From Octopus sinensis (lineage: Eukaryota), in NCBI RefSeq assembly GCF_006345805.1, contig NC_043001.1:123938001-124002000 (forward strand): a stretch of DNA of 64,000 nucleotides. The letters run 5' to 3'. Under the pieces are notes generated by a model. That model worked only from the letters and a program-made list of their open reading frames with translations, was not told the DNA's origin and ran no database searches. A program made the position numbers and the translations under genes. Positions 38,440 to 52,669 of this stretch are shown here, piece after piece (within the stretch, counting starts at the first letter, position 1; each line of letters opens with the position of its first letter).

Positions 38440-40380
38440 TAACAGTCATCGCTGTATATCGCATCGTCAGGAAGTTCATAACGATGGATCATCATCTTGA
38501 TCTTCCTTGTGGTGTCCTTAATTGGATTGAATTCATATATATTCACTATATTTTAAGTCAGTCTACATCTTTATATTATCCCTCCATTTAATCCTTGGTT
38601 TTCCTCTTCTTTTCTCATTAACTTTTGCTTTCTGTTAACTTTGTCCAAAAATATTTTAGTTTTATTTCTTTGATGATATCTAATAAAAACATACTTCATT
38701 GATTTTGTTTTCTGGCAATGATATTCTGAAAAATCTTGTATACATCCACATTTCAAACGCTTATGATCTATCTTATAGTACTTTAGTTAATGTCTATTTT
38801 CCAGCTCAGTGTAATAGTGTGAACTATACCTAATATTTTAATAATCATTTTCTGGTTTCGATATTAATGTTTCTTGATGTTCGCGAGTCAGACCAATTTT
38901 TTACAAATGCCTTTCCATTCACTTCACTCCATCCCTTGATTTGTGCTTTTCACTCCTGTTTACTGATTGCACACATTCAAGGTATGTTATCTTTGGCGTT
39001 TATTCAAATGAATAAACCATCCCAATAATCTGTATTAGCTTTTGGTTTTCATATTTTTCTTTAATTACACCTATTGCTCACAGTCGATCTATGCATATGA
39101 TTTTCATATTCCCAAATTTTGTTTCTCTTATTCTCAAGTGTAATCATTGTATGTCTATAGTGCTTCTAAGTGAAATCTCTCTATGTATTCTATTGACACA
39201 GGTATGGCTGTGTAGTTGAGAAGTTTGATTCGCAATGAAAACCTCCTGATTCCACAGAGTGTAAAGTGTTCTACCCAATTGTACTCAGTGTTTCTTTTAA
39301 GCTGAAGAAACTATAAAATTTCTACTGATAGATAATACTCAATATTCTCATTTAGTAAAAACTATGCGTATTACTGTATATGAACTACGATATCATTGAT
39401 CAAGAAGAGTGGAAAATCGCGGAACTGAAGTTTGAATTTCTCATACACTATTGTCATTATGTGTAATATTTAGTTTAACGGAGTCGAACAGCAGACAGAA
39501 TCGGTAGCACGCCGAGCTAAATGCTTAGCGACATCTCGTCCGTCTTTATATTCTGTGTTCAACTTCCGCCGAGGCCAAGTTTATCTTTCATCCATTCGGG
39601 GTTGATAAAATAAGTACCAACAGAGCACTAGTGTCGATGTAATCGACTTATTCCCTAACTTGTGCCAAAATTTGAAAGCAATATTCAGGTTAAACGATAC
39701 TTGTCTCTTGTCAACTGTTTGTGCACGAAATACATTTGTACTCTGAGAGTGAGTTATTCAACGTTTTCCTTTGGTTTTCATTTATAAAAAATTGTAGTTT
39801 TACTGAATAACATTCCCCATATCATACTTCACGATAATATAATAAATTTTTCCCATCTTTCCAATACTGCACCTATATTTATATGTGGCATTACATCATC
39901 ATCCTACAATTCCCCACGTACTCTTTCCTTGCATCGCTTTTGTTCTCAAAGTAAAATTCCAATATGTATTCTATTGATTAAATTGTTGATTTAATTCATA
40001 CATTTATATTTATTCATTCTTCATATCTGAAAAACTTCAGTTATTCAGTCCAGACGTCTTCGCTTTAAATTCTTCTATCACGGTTGGAAGTCCGTTCCAT
40101 TCAACATTGTCTTGTTTTCTTTCCATTTTTCAAATATAATTTTCTTTGTAATTTTTTTTTGTCTTAGCATATTTTAAACAAAACTTTAATTTTGTTTCTC
40201 TCACACTTGTATGTTTACGCAATATTTTGATGTTATCTCCAATCCTCCTCTTCTATCATAGCTCAGACATTTAATTCCGTTATATTTCAATGTTATTCCC
40301 AATCGATCGACAACGTGCTAGTTAGTGGCATTCAGTCAGTTGTTTGTCTTCGTAACATTGGCTTCTTATTTACGCACCTA
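38440..40380 (-). mobile_element. Old RTE-clade LINE remnant, interrupted by a SINE
   Basis: Minus about 38860-38500: NIETRK..TLTK..AFEMW..RIS..KRRGKPRIKWRDNIK (RTE C-terminus). Upstream extent is weakly supported. Confidence 0.55.
39481..39682 (+). mobile_element. SINE family A
   Basis: cagaatcggtagcacgccgagctaaatgcttagcg...gtcgatgtaatcgactta. Confidence 0.8.
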
Positions 40381-40861
40381 GTCAGTTGAACAAAAGAAAC
40401 ACACACACGTTCACACATATACACGCACGCACAAACTCACACACACTCACACACACACACGCACACACACATAAACGAACATACGTACAAACGCACATCC
40501 GAAACACCGGTACGTCTACTTGGATAGGTATAATACTGTGTTCAGAAACGGGGTAAACGCTCACAATTAAGTACAGTTCATACAGTTTAGTGTTGGTTGA
40601 TGATTCTGCAATCCTAACTCCAAGGTTCATACTGCTTTTGTCTAAACAGTCAATTGAACATTCGGGAGTGTGAAAATGTTTGAGTTACGATTCAAGAAAT
40701 TTCAATTTCCAATACATACACGTTCTTTCGCAAGACACACACATACCCCCCCCACACACACACATACACACACATACAAAACACACATACACACATACAC
40801 ACACACACGCATTCTCGCACACACACACACACACACACCACACGCACAAACACATACATTT

Positions 40862-41020
40862 GACTGAAGGTATGTGGCCTAGTGGTTAAGATAAACAGCT
40901 CAGGATTGTAAGTTTGTGATTTCGCTTCAGCCGGCGTATTTTGTCCGAGCGCAAGACAATTTCTTTCACATTGCTGCAGTCCACTCAGAAGGCAAAAGTG
41001 AGTAGCTCTTACAAAAGACT
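40862..41020 (+). mobile_element. Diverged tRNA-derived SINE (family D)
   Basis: gtatgTGGCCTAGTGGTTAAG A-box head, then ttgctgcagtccactcag..gcaaaagtgagtag. Confidence 0.55.
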
Positions 41021-42856
41021 CTGTGATATTCTACTACGTGGGCTTCCAAGCTGTGTAGTGTCTCGCATGCCGACTCTCTTCTTGTGGTAACAAATCATCG
41101 TCTCCGGAGCTATTGGATCTGAAAAATGAATGTTCCTATTTTCTCTCGAATCATATTTCATTCTTATATACACAGTAGGGAAACGTTGGTGATGTAACCT
41201 TAATTAACTTTGTACGTTCTCTTAGTCAGGGTTGATCTCATTGGATAATGGAGTTCTATAATTTTCCTGCATGAATAAACATTTGCAATAGAATTACCTT
41301 TGATCATATGTTTACTCAATCGTGGCTTAACCGTAGCGAAAGTACGATACTAAAAACAATGGCAACCATGACAACAGTGATTCCGTAAAATAACTTTCAG
41401 AAGAATACGATAATGAGTATCTGTACGTTGATTTTGATTACATTTACATTGACGTTGTCGAGGTACATGCTAAATTTTATTGCAATATTTCACAATAAAA
41501 TGATGAGGATATCTTTCTGAGAACACCTTTCAGTTTAGAAACAATCACGTATTCAGTTGTAGCAATAGCTCCAGATTTGCATCTCCTGCAGCTTGAATTC
41601 GAGCCTCTAAAACCAAGAATGATTGATCAACTAAGAAAGATGCATCTGATAGGGGTGTCCTAAAATATTTCGTAAAGACTAGTATTTTATTTTGTTATAA
41701 GTACGCTAAAGAGAATATTAGAGAGAAATGTTAAATTGTAGACATAGTGAAAATCGATTACATGTTGGAATAAACTGTGATTGTTCTGAATAATTCACTT
41801 GTTAATCATGTATTTTAGGCAAAAATAGACTATATATTATGTGCATTGTATCACGCATTTTAACTTCCCTCAGTACGGGACCATGTAATATGTTCCATCG
41901 ATACAATGAAGTACAAGCCGTTGACAATTAGATTTTAAATCTAGTAACTCTTATTGACAGTTTGTTTCCTTATGCAAAAAAAATGGTTTGTTTTCATACA
42001 TCCATGGCAGCTTTTCTGATTTTAATATGAATGAATGATGTGAAGGATTTTTGGCTACTATCTCTAGCAGTTCTCTCAGTAAGTTATCTCCACAGGGTGT
42101 ATGTTACATCTCTGGTTAAAAGGTAGCTAAAATGGAAACTGAACTATATGAATCGTGTAATCATATGTTTAGTTGAATATGTATGGGAAAAACCTAAATA
42201 TGTCGGAAATTGTCTCTTGCTGGGATGTCAAGAGTATCAAAGTCAACCAATAGGAATATGTCCATATCTTCCACAACATGTAAAATAATTATTTGACATT
42301 CTGGGTTTGAACCTACATCTTAATTGAATTTATCATCCACTAGTGCGGGGTTAGATAAATTCAAGGAGTCAGTTGAATTAACTATGACACAGCAGCTAAA
42401 TGTCACTCGAATTATACCCTACCGATTTAAGCACTCATAAATAAACGGTTTCTGGAGGGCAGACTGTCTTGAGAAGAAGAGAAAGTCACTGATCATGCTC
42501 GATCAGAGCCAACCTGGCAAGGAACTGTATTAACAGCAAAGATTAATATTAGTCTTTTTGCGATGTCAATCACACTACTAGAAATGCAAGTAAATCCGAA
42601 CTTTAATTAGAAATTCATGTTGAATATGGAAGAACATCAGATAGTATCGTACGAGGTAAAATGTGTCAAAATGAAAGTTGGGATTCTTACATCTGCTTTA
42701 AATCATAAGTCTACTGAATTGACACGTAACAAAAGACATGACAAAATCAACAAGAGATACTCTTTTTCTCAAAGAAATTAATATAAACCTGCATAAATTT
42801 ACTCATAAATTAGTGTTCACTTGCGCAGGTTCTCACATACATGCATACATACATTC

Positions 42857-42887
<31 letters not shown>

Positions 42888-43451
42888 TATATACATACAT
42901 ATATGTATATATATATACATGTGTGTGTATGTGTATGCATGTAAACTTATATACATCCATACACATATACATATGATTGGTTGAGTTCTTGAATCATTAA
43001 GAAAGAGAGAAAACAATATCGTTATGATTCCTTCGAGAATATTTCTTTACGGTTTCCAGCATTACTGCTCCCGATTATTCTCACCACAAAAGTCAAACTC
43101 CCAGTGGAGCTCGAGACCAACCAAGACCATTACACCCACCATGGTGCAACACATGAAGTACTGCGAGAGCCTAAATATTGTAGTGAGTGACTAAACATTT
43201 CACTTTTAGAATTTAAGAAGACCCCCGCCCCCCGTAGCCAAGCGTAATTTTTAGGACCCTAGGAAACGAAAGACCCTCTTTAAGAGGCAACTAAATAACC
43301 ATAAGCCATCTATTACGATCTTAGAGAAGCTGGACATTGCGTCGCTGGTCGACAACATATAAGGTTTAAAAAATAATGTATGCCATACTGCACTAAACGG
43401 GATCGTCTGGAACATACCTCAACGAGGGCAGACGATTCATACTTTACTTGC

Positions 43452-43530
<79 letters not shown>

Positions 43531-43555
43531 ATATATATATATATTTACTTGCTCG

Positions 43556-43597
<42 letters not shown>

Positions 43598-43990
43598 ATA
43601 AATATTTTTGACGTCATAAGAATTTTTATAAACTTTCGAAAGAAAATGATATAATTCATTTTTGGAATAGTATATCCTCAAGTATACAATAGTGATGTAA
43701 AGAGTAGTCTCCAACCTATTCTCTCTATCTATATTTATATATATAAATATATATACATGTACACACAGGCACACACAAACACACACACACATGAAAGGAT
43801 ATACCAACACCCGTAATAGAAACCACTGCACAATACCAAAAGTCACTCCCTCACCATCTAGAATAAAGATCCAATACTGTCAGTTCATCGTATTATAGGA
43901 AGTACAGATTTAAAAGACATTAAATTAATTTTTTTTTTGAGAGAGAATTTATCCAGTAATTTGTTATTTTAGAAATGGTAGATGGAGTTA

Positions 43991-44385
43991 TCTTTATATA
44001 TAAAAGTGAGGTTGTGTGCTGTCTGTCTCCTACGATTTAGATTCCTAACTACTCCCACATTTTGCGGTGCAGTTTAACCAAAACCGGGTATCTTATAGTC
44101 GTGATTCATATCGAGCCCTTCTGGGTATTAGAGCGCGTCTACGATGTGTCTACGATTTAAAAAAAAATTGCCATCAATTTTTCCAATTTTTAATGCATTT
44201 TTGGCATATATAAGGGAAGTAACTCTCTAACAATTGATTATTAAATCTCAGAACTTAAAAAGCTACAGTAACACCCCCCCTTTGTGGTTAGCCATATTGA
44301 GATAGCTATTATATTTGACATCTCTGAAAATGCTTATATAGTTATTTCCCTTACAAACCCGAGCAACGGCGGGCGATACTGCTAG
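43991..44385 (+). mobile_element. Non-autonomous Helitron (395 bp)
   Basis: A|TCTTTATATATAAAAG...AAACCCGAGCAACGGCGGGCGATACTGCTAG|T, with a 5' TC, 3' hairpin plus CTAG, inserted in AT with no TSD. Confidence 0.88.
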
Positions 44386-44797
44386 TTTTTTATAAAGTGA
44401 ATTTCTGTCAAATTTTGTTAAAATTCAACTTTATTTAGTGCAGGATACCTTTCAAAGAGAAAAAAAAAGATGCTGGAGATGTATTACGATACGAGAAGTG
44501 GAGGTGTATGCATGAGACACCTGATGAACTCGCATCACGGCAAGAAACGTAAAGAGGGTCAGGTTTGTACAGTTCACTACATCACGCGAACGTGATCGGG
44601 AGAAAACAAAAAATTGAGTTTGAAATTAACTAACAATCACACAAATGCTGGTGTCCCAGAATAATCACAGCGCATGACTAGAATCACCGAAGGATAAAAT
44701 ATACACACAAACGTAAGCAAATATACACATATCCATATATGGTGTATGCGTGTGCGCATATACTTATATGTATATCTATCTATCTATCTATCTATCA

Positions 44798-44828
<31 letters not shown>

Positions 44829-44961
44829 CATCCATCTAATACAACTGAGCGTTATACTAATACATCTGTTTGTTTTGTACACCGCCTGTTTTCGTCTTTT
44901 GTTTTTTTCATAAACTCTCCCTATATATATATTATATATATATATATATATATATTATATA

Positions 44962-45006
<45 letters not shown>

Positions 45007-45360
45007 GTATGTATGTATGTATATATATAAAATAACTGTTTATGTATAAACGCATAGACACAGACATACACACATACATACATCTATAGATATAGTATTT
45101 GAATATTCAGATATAATTGTTACAAAGAAAAAGTTGGCATTTCGCAGTTTCGCCTAATAACCCTCACCGAGGTAACTGTCAACATTTTCCCTTTAAATGT
45201 GAAATAAGCATGTTACTGTGGTGAATAGTATTGAGTGATCTTTCAATTTAAAGTTTGAATGTTTCGAAACGAAACTATACACAGAAACAAAGTTTTAGAA
45301 TATATATATATATACAGATATATATATATATATTATCTTTATATGTAATCATGTATCATA

Positions 45361-45456
<96 letters not shown>

Positions 45457-45548
45457 ATATTTACACATATAAGTTAGATAGATAGATAGATAAATTCAAG
45501 CATGCATAATTGCATGCATATATATAGAGATATATGAAATGATGAACG

Positions 45549-45594
<46 letters not shown>

Positions 45595-45662
45595 ACATAT
45601 ATGTATGTATATATATATATATCTATATATATATATGTATATGTATGTGTATATATATATAC

Positions 45663-45709
<47 letters not shown>

Positions 45710-46319
45710 TACATATAAAAGTTTACACATATATGTCAATCTGTGTACGTATATGAGTGTCTGCATGTGGTGCATGTATATAGATATATGTCTATAAACA
45801 TAATGTTTTGAAATGCACTGCTAAAAAAAAAAGTAGAAAAATAAATATGGTATCTGCATTGATAATTTGAAATGTAAATAAAAGCTGAAGAAAATAACAT
45901 GTCAAAAGCGACGCCTGACCTTGTTTTTCAAAACTGCAACTCAGTAAATCATAACTGAATTAATCACACACATCAAACGCCGTTATAGATGATCACACCG
46001 CACAAAAATAATGATTATCTCCCCATAACCTCAAAGTAAAAATCCTACTTTTAATCTCTAGCATTTGACCGATGATTCTGTCATATGATCGTGGTATTTT
46101 TTGTTTCTTATTTCGTTCCTTATTTTTTTGGTTCATTCCGTTTTCTCTTTGTTTTTGGTGGTGATGGTGGTGGTAGTTGGGTTTCCTTTATCACCATAAC
46201 TAAATAGTCAAGCTAGTTTTTACATTTCTTTATATTTTATCGAGTATTAAATATTGAATTCTTTCGAATTGATCGATTAGCATAATGAAGCAGTACTAAC
46301 AGGTTATATACATATTCAT

Positions 46320-46341
46320 ATTCATATCTATCTATCTATCA

Positions 46342-46427
<86 letters not shown>

Positions 46428-46428
46428 G

Positions 46429-46479
<51 letters not shown>

Positions 46480-46510
46480 GTATCTATCTATCTATCTATA
46501 TATATATATG

Positions 46511-46605
<95 letters not shown>

Positions 46606-46620
46606 GTTTACGTACACATG
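46320..46620. repeat. (ATCT)n then (AT)n array
   Basis: Direct reading. Confidence 0.95.
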
Positions 46621-46629
46621 TATATGCAT

Positions 46630-46997
46630 AGGCGCAGGAGTAGCTGTGTGGTAAGTAGCTTACGTGGTTTCGGGTTCCGGGTTCAGTTCTAAACCATGTT
46701 CGTGGTACCTATAGCGTCGGGCCGACCAAAGCCTTGTGAATGGATTTGGTAAACGGATACTGAAAGAAGCTCGTTGTATATATGTGTGTGTGCATTTGCG
46801 TTTGTGCGTCTGTGTTTGCCCCCATCGCTTGACAAACGATGCTGGTATGTTTACGTCCCCGTACCTAGCGGTTCGGCAAAACAGACCGATATACTAAGTA
46901 CTAGGCTCACAAAGAATAAGGCCTGGGGTCGGTTTGCTTTACTAAAGGCGGTGCTCCAGCATGGCCGCGGTCAAATGACTGAAACAATAAATGAATA
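46630..46997 (+). mobile_element. SINE family B, near full length
   Basis: aggcgcaggagtagctgtgtggtaagtagc...ggccgcggtcaaatgactgaaac. Confidence 0.88.
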
Positions 46998-47396
46998 TAT
47001 TATATATATATATATTATATATATGCATATACATATGTATGCATGTATATATATATACATATATATACATACATATGTATATATATATACATACATATGT
47101 ATATATATGTATATATACATATATATGTATACACACACATACACACACACAAACAAATATATATATATATATGTATATAATATATATATATATATTATAT
47201 ATTATATATATATATATAATATATATATATATTATATATATATATATATATATACAACATCCCCTTACATCTGTGACTCACAACCACCTTTCAAGTGATA
47301 TCACATGATATCTTTTTTATAGCTTTAAATATATACAACATACAAATACATTTAAAAATATAACACCTACAGGTGAATACACACATATACATATAT

Positions 47397-47428
<32 letters not shown>

Positions 47429-47716
47429 TGTGTGTATATATATATACACACACATAGATAAATGCATACACCAACACACACATATATACGCACACACACA
47501 CACACACTTATATGTAAGGCACATATGAAACGGATTATAATTTCAAACATGATTCATCCATTAAGATTTTCTTTTCGTTCAGTGCGACACATTTAAGTTT
47601 TTTTATTTCAATAACGGCAATAAAGGTACTTAAATTTCTTTTTCGTTTTAATTTTGTTTCATACATACATTACGTACATACATACATACATACATACATA
47701 CTACTACTACTACTAT

Positions 47717-47758
<42 letters not shown>

Positions 47759-47964
47759 CCCTGCACTGCTGCTGCTGCTGCTGCTGCTGAATATGATACT
47801 GATTATATTAGTTCGCTATTGGTCACGAGGTCCCAGACCACAAACCTGCGAAGGAAAACTGTAACATTTAAATCTTTAAAAATATTGCGGATGTGTGTGT
47901 GTGTGTGTGTGTGTCTGTGTGTATGTTTGTGTGTGTTGAGATCAGTCTGTCTCTCTGACGTTTG

Positions 47965-49225
47965 CATGTATGCACGTAGGTTTTTCATTATTCACTTTTA
48001 TTTCAAGCATTCTTGCCAACGGGGAAAGAACGGGTTCTAACCTAGATACAATGCTCTTTGATTGGAGCTTTAGCAACATCAACAGCGTATTTTTGCATAT
48101 ATTTTGTTTATGTGTAGTAGCTGGAGTCAATGCTTTTGCAGATTTGTATGTTTTTATTCATATATATGTATGTCATTATTTACTTTTATTTCAAGATTTC
48201 TTCCCAGTAGAGAACGAGCCGGTTTCTAACCGAGATCCAAGGCTCCTTCGTTGGAAATCCAACATCAACAACAGGGTATTTTTGTACGTATGTATATATG
48301 TATATGGTGCAGATTTGTATGTTTTGTTTTATGAATGTCTGCTCACGCATATAGTTGTACGTCTACAGCTTTCACCTTTTTTTTTTTCTGAAGCCTAATT
48401 TCCCAAGATTGGAATCTATGCAGCGTGTTACATGTCCCAGTGCTTTAAAAATTACAGGTATAAATCTGAACTTGTAATCTTCGTACCTGCAAATTTCTCA
48501 ATAGTTCAGCGTAGGTATTCTCATTTTCACTGATCTTCACCTTTATGTTAACATCCGCTGGACAGCTGATTTCCACAATTGTATACAGTTCCTTTTCTCT
48601 ATCTCAAATCATTACTTGAAGTTTATTGTGCTTATATCTTATGGAGGTTTACACTGGGACATTCCACCTGTAGTCCTTTTTATTATGAGGGACTATGGCT
48701 TCTACCATACTGTGTGTTTTTATTTCTTTGTCCTTGGGGTTATCCGTTCGACGGATCTCGTTATACAGTGTCCTAGCTATAACTTCATATCTCATCGGTA
48801 GATATAACCGTAATGCCATTTTTGGACAACTGCTTATGATCAGGGTGATATCTTCGGGGTTAAGTCCAGAAAATCTACATCGGTTGTCACATTTTACTGC
48901 ATTTCCTGCATCTCCGTACCTTTTGTGCATCAGGTGTTTGGTTGGTATTTCATGTTCCCGGATTGCAAACGTATACCCTTCAAAGCAATAGGTAGTATTC
49001 TGATTGTTAGTCCATGACAGACTGCTTTGATGATCAATGTACTATCATCTCGAAGCTTTCTACGATCATATCTATGCAAGGTGTTCTGCTTACATATGCT
49101 CATCCTTGTAAGTATATCTTTTCTGTTTGTGTATGTATGTATGCCTCTTCTATTTTTTAATAATTATAGATCTTCCACCGAGGAGGAAACCGGTATCCAA
49201 CAAAGATACAAGGTTCTATCACATT
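47965..49225 (-). mobile_element. RLE-type non-LTR retrotransposon fragment with three copies of its putative 3' end
   Basis: Minus 49050-48390: FEGYTFAIREHEIPTKHL, CRFSG..EDITLIISSCPKM, MRYEVIA, RWNVPV, KISENENTYAELLRNL. The 3' unit (ggagccttggatctcggttagaaaccgg...aataatgacatacata) occurs at about 48345-48165, 48165-47965 and 49225-49120. Confidence 0.7.
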
Positions 49226-49469
49226 GTTACTGTTCCACTTACAGATTGGACTTGTAATGTACGAATCAGCCGGTCAATTTCTCTTTCTGAAAAACCCTTT
49301 TTATCCGGATTCTCCTTTAATCATTTACTAAAACAAAATAGTGCTTCCAATTATTATTGGTATGAATATGAATTCATAGTCTGAGTATAAATGCTGGAGG
49401 TTTCGAAGCAGTTGTCCATACTAATACGTTAAAACCAGACTATGTTTTAACTTTATTCAACTCATATTT

Positions 49470-49705
49470 GTGTGTCTGTGTATGTGTGAGTATTTGTGCC
49501 TGTGCTGGTACCCACCACCACCGCTTAACAGCCAGTATTAGTGTTTACGTGCGCGTAATCAAGCGGTCTGGCAAAAGAGACCTATAGAATGAATACTAGG
49601 CTTTAAAAGTATAAGTCCTCAGGGCGATTTGTTCGACTAAAACCCTTCATGACTGTGACCCAGCATGGCCTCAGTCAAATAACTGAAACGAGTAAACGAT
49701 AAGAT
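49470..49705 (+). mobile_element. SINE family B 3' half
   Basis: gcggtctggcaaaagagacc...gatttgttcgactaaa...cagcatggcctcagtcaaat. Confidence 0.75.
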
Positions 49706-50113
49706 ATAATAGATAAATAAATGAATGTAGAAGGGAGAGAAAGATGAATCTAATTAGAAAGTGAAGAAGAGTGGGGAGGGAAGCGAAGACGGGCAGCACG
49801 AAAAAATTAGAGGTAACGGTAGCTAAGTTATAAGTCAGTGAAAACTGACGACGTATCTCTAATACAGACACTCACAAACACAGGGTGGAAATGACAAGAA
49901 AGTGTACGCTAGGTAAAGAAATTAGATAGACAAATTATTTAATATACAGAAAAGGTAAAGGCCAAACAATGGTCATTCAACCACGGACAATAGCTGGTAG
50001 AAATAATGCTGACGAAATTCAATTTCGAAATTTTCATGTACATATATGTGTATATGTGTGTATGTAAGTATGCATGCATGTATATATGTATTCATGTATG
50101 TATTTATGCATGA

Positions 50114-50166
<53 letters not shown>

Positions 50167-51432
50167 TATATATATATGTGAGTGTATATTATATGTATAT
50201 TTGTATGCATGTATATATATATACATAAATTCAACTATATAAGCAAAAGGTGTATATACATACACACACATGCTTACATACATATATACACACATTTATA
50301 TAAGAGGAAATGAACTTGAAAATGCACACAGAATAAATTAGAATTATTTAGAATTTAATTATATTATAAGAATACACTTGACCTGTTTCACAATAGATTT
50401 TCAAAAGTGTACAGTGTAAAGTGTTGTATCACCGATTATGTCTATTCTTGCTGTTGTTATAAAAGTACTTTACTTCGCATCTCGTTATCTTTCTTATCCC
50501 ACACATTAATTGTTGTAGAATGTGTACTTGGGCTTGTTCTTAAGAAAAACAAAATCTATGTACAAGCTGTCATCTGTTTTTATTTACTTCATACCTCGTT
50601 ATCCCACTTATGCTATAGCTTAATTAGTGTAGAATATCCGCTTGGAAATTTTGTAGGGAACCCAACAGACACGGGGTATTGAAATGAAAGGGCGTTAAGA
50701 TTTGTCTCGTTGAGTTTATATTGAATGTCACTTCACATAACCAAGTAAATCATACTTCATTGCCAATTGTTATTTAATATTGCTATCGACTCAGGTGGAA
50801 ACATATCTAATCAGGCAAACTCACCCAACCTTTATGCCTGGATTCCTGTAAATAATACGAAAATATTTTCAAGATTTGATTCCTGGCAAATATTAACTTA
50901 ATTGGAGTGAAGAAGCAAAACGGAACTGGTCACCTCCAGGTTGTGAAAAATTAAATGAGTGTTTGAAACGAGCGCCCCCACCAAACCTCCTCCTTACATA
51001 TGCCCTATTTAAAAATAAGTCCAATCTAAAATATTCAATTTCCTTCTTATCCATTACACTACAATATTTTTGTTGAAGCAAACTGACTCACTTTCGATTA
51101 ATTTTAAGAATGCTGAAAAATCTATTAAACCAGCATTTTCATTAGTGTGACTTTCTTGCGCAGTTGCTACGTGAGCATAATACGCGAACGGATAGCGTCC
51201 TCAGCTAAATTCCTGCTTTATAAATAAACTATTCTAACAACAACGACCACAATAGACACAATACATGACACAACACCTTACATTATGTACTTTTGAAATT
51301 CTATTGCGAAATCGGTCAAATGTATTCCATAGTTTCAAATTCCAATTAATTCTAATTTATTTTGTGGGCATTTTCAACCCATTTCTTCTATTCCTGCACT
51401 TGATTGGATTAATAACAATTCATATATATATG

Positions 51433-51484
<52 letters not shown>

Positions 51485-51624
51485 CTATCTATCTATCTAT
51501 ATATATATATATATATATATTCATATGTTCTTAAAATTTAAATCTACATCTTTCTCTGTATATCTACCTTCTCTATAATGTTGCCACTTGATTTGAAAAC
51601 TTTTGTATTAATGGAAAACCTCTA

Positions 51625-51717
51625 TAATTGGCTGATGAGTACTCAGCATCTTAAATCTGTTGTAATACTTACAACATTTAATAAAATGATGTAGCACGAA
51701 ACGATTGTACCAAATTA
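51625..51717 (+). ncRNA. Type I hammerhead ribozyme with long stem II
   Basis: Stem I TAATTGG(51625-31)/CCAAATTA(51710-17); CTGATGA 51632-38; stem II GT..AC enclosing GCATC/GATGT and TGTTGTAA-tac-TTACAACA; GAAA 51698-51701; self-complementary stem III ACGATTGT; GTA triplet 51707-09. Confidence 0.75.
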
Positions 51718-51789
51718 CCGAAGTCATTCTTGTTGCTTATTTTGATTATATATATATATATATATGCATGTATATGTGTGTGTGTGTTC

Positions 51790-52083
51790 TTTTATGTATT
51801 TTAGTCATTTTGACTGCGGTCATACTGTAGCACGACCTTTAGTCGAATAAATCACCACCAGGTTTTATTCTTTGGAAGCCCAGTACGTATTCTATCGATC
51901 TCTTTTGCCGAACCGCTTAGTTACGGTTACGTAAACACACCAACATCAGTTGTCAAGCGATCGTGCTGGTGAGGGAGACAAACATACACACAGACATATA
52001 CATACACATACACACACACACACGCACTCACACACACACATATACAGGACATGCTTCTTTCAGTTTCCGTCTACCAAATCCAC

Positions 52084-52087
<4 letters not shown>
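51790..52087 (-). mobile_element. SINE family B (5' truncated)
   Basis: tttgactgcgg...ttttgccgaaccgc...cttctttcagtttccgtctaccaaatccactcac. Confidence 0.85.
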
Positions 52088-52118
<31 letters not shown>

Positions 52119-52246
52119 CAGTGTTCCTTTATAGGGAGGGTCTACAAAAGAGTAACCTATCCGTATTAGAAAGATGAAAGTATAAAATGAAACAACGCTG
52201 GTAAACATTATATAGATAAATTTGATTCTTGTTGGGAAAGAGTTCA

Positions 52247-52319
<73 letters not shown>

Positions 52320-52669
52320 CATACCTATATGTGTAAGTGTGTGTCCATGTCTGTGTGCGTGAGGATATATATAGAACTCCATTCAATCCAATCAATTCAA
52401 TGTAAGAGTGATAACATTAGAAAGAGAGTAATAATATCTAAGAAAAAATAATATATGCTACACATGTATGTAATATATATCCTGGCGATAAAATTCCATA
52501 TTTAAAAGATGAAAGGATAAAATGAAACAGCCCTTATAAAAATTATATAGATGAAATACGATACTTGGAATGAAACAGTTCAGGATTACAAAATATGGAA
52601 AAATAACTAACAAATTTGAAGTTATACTAAAAACAGTGAGGCAAATATAATGGCGAAAAGTGGCAACGC

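Noticed and set aside
44510-44570. CTGATGA...GAAA...GTC hammerhead-like spacing
   Set aside because: Stem II lacks a closing G-C and stem I does not pair convincingly.
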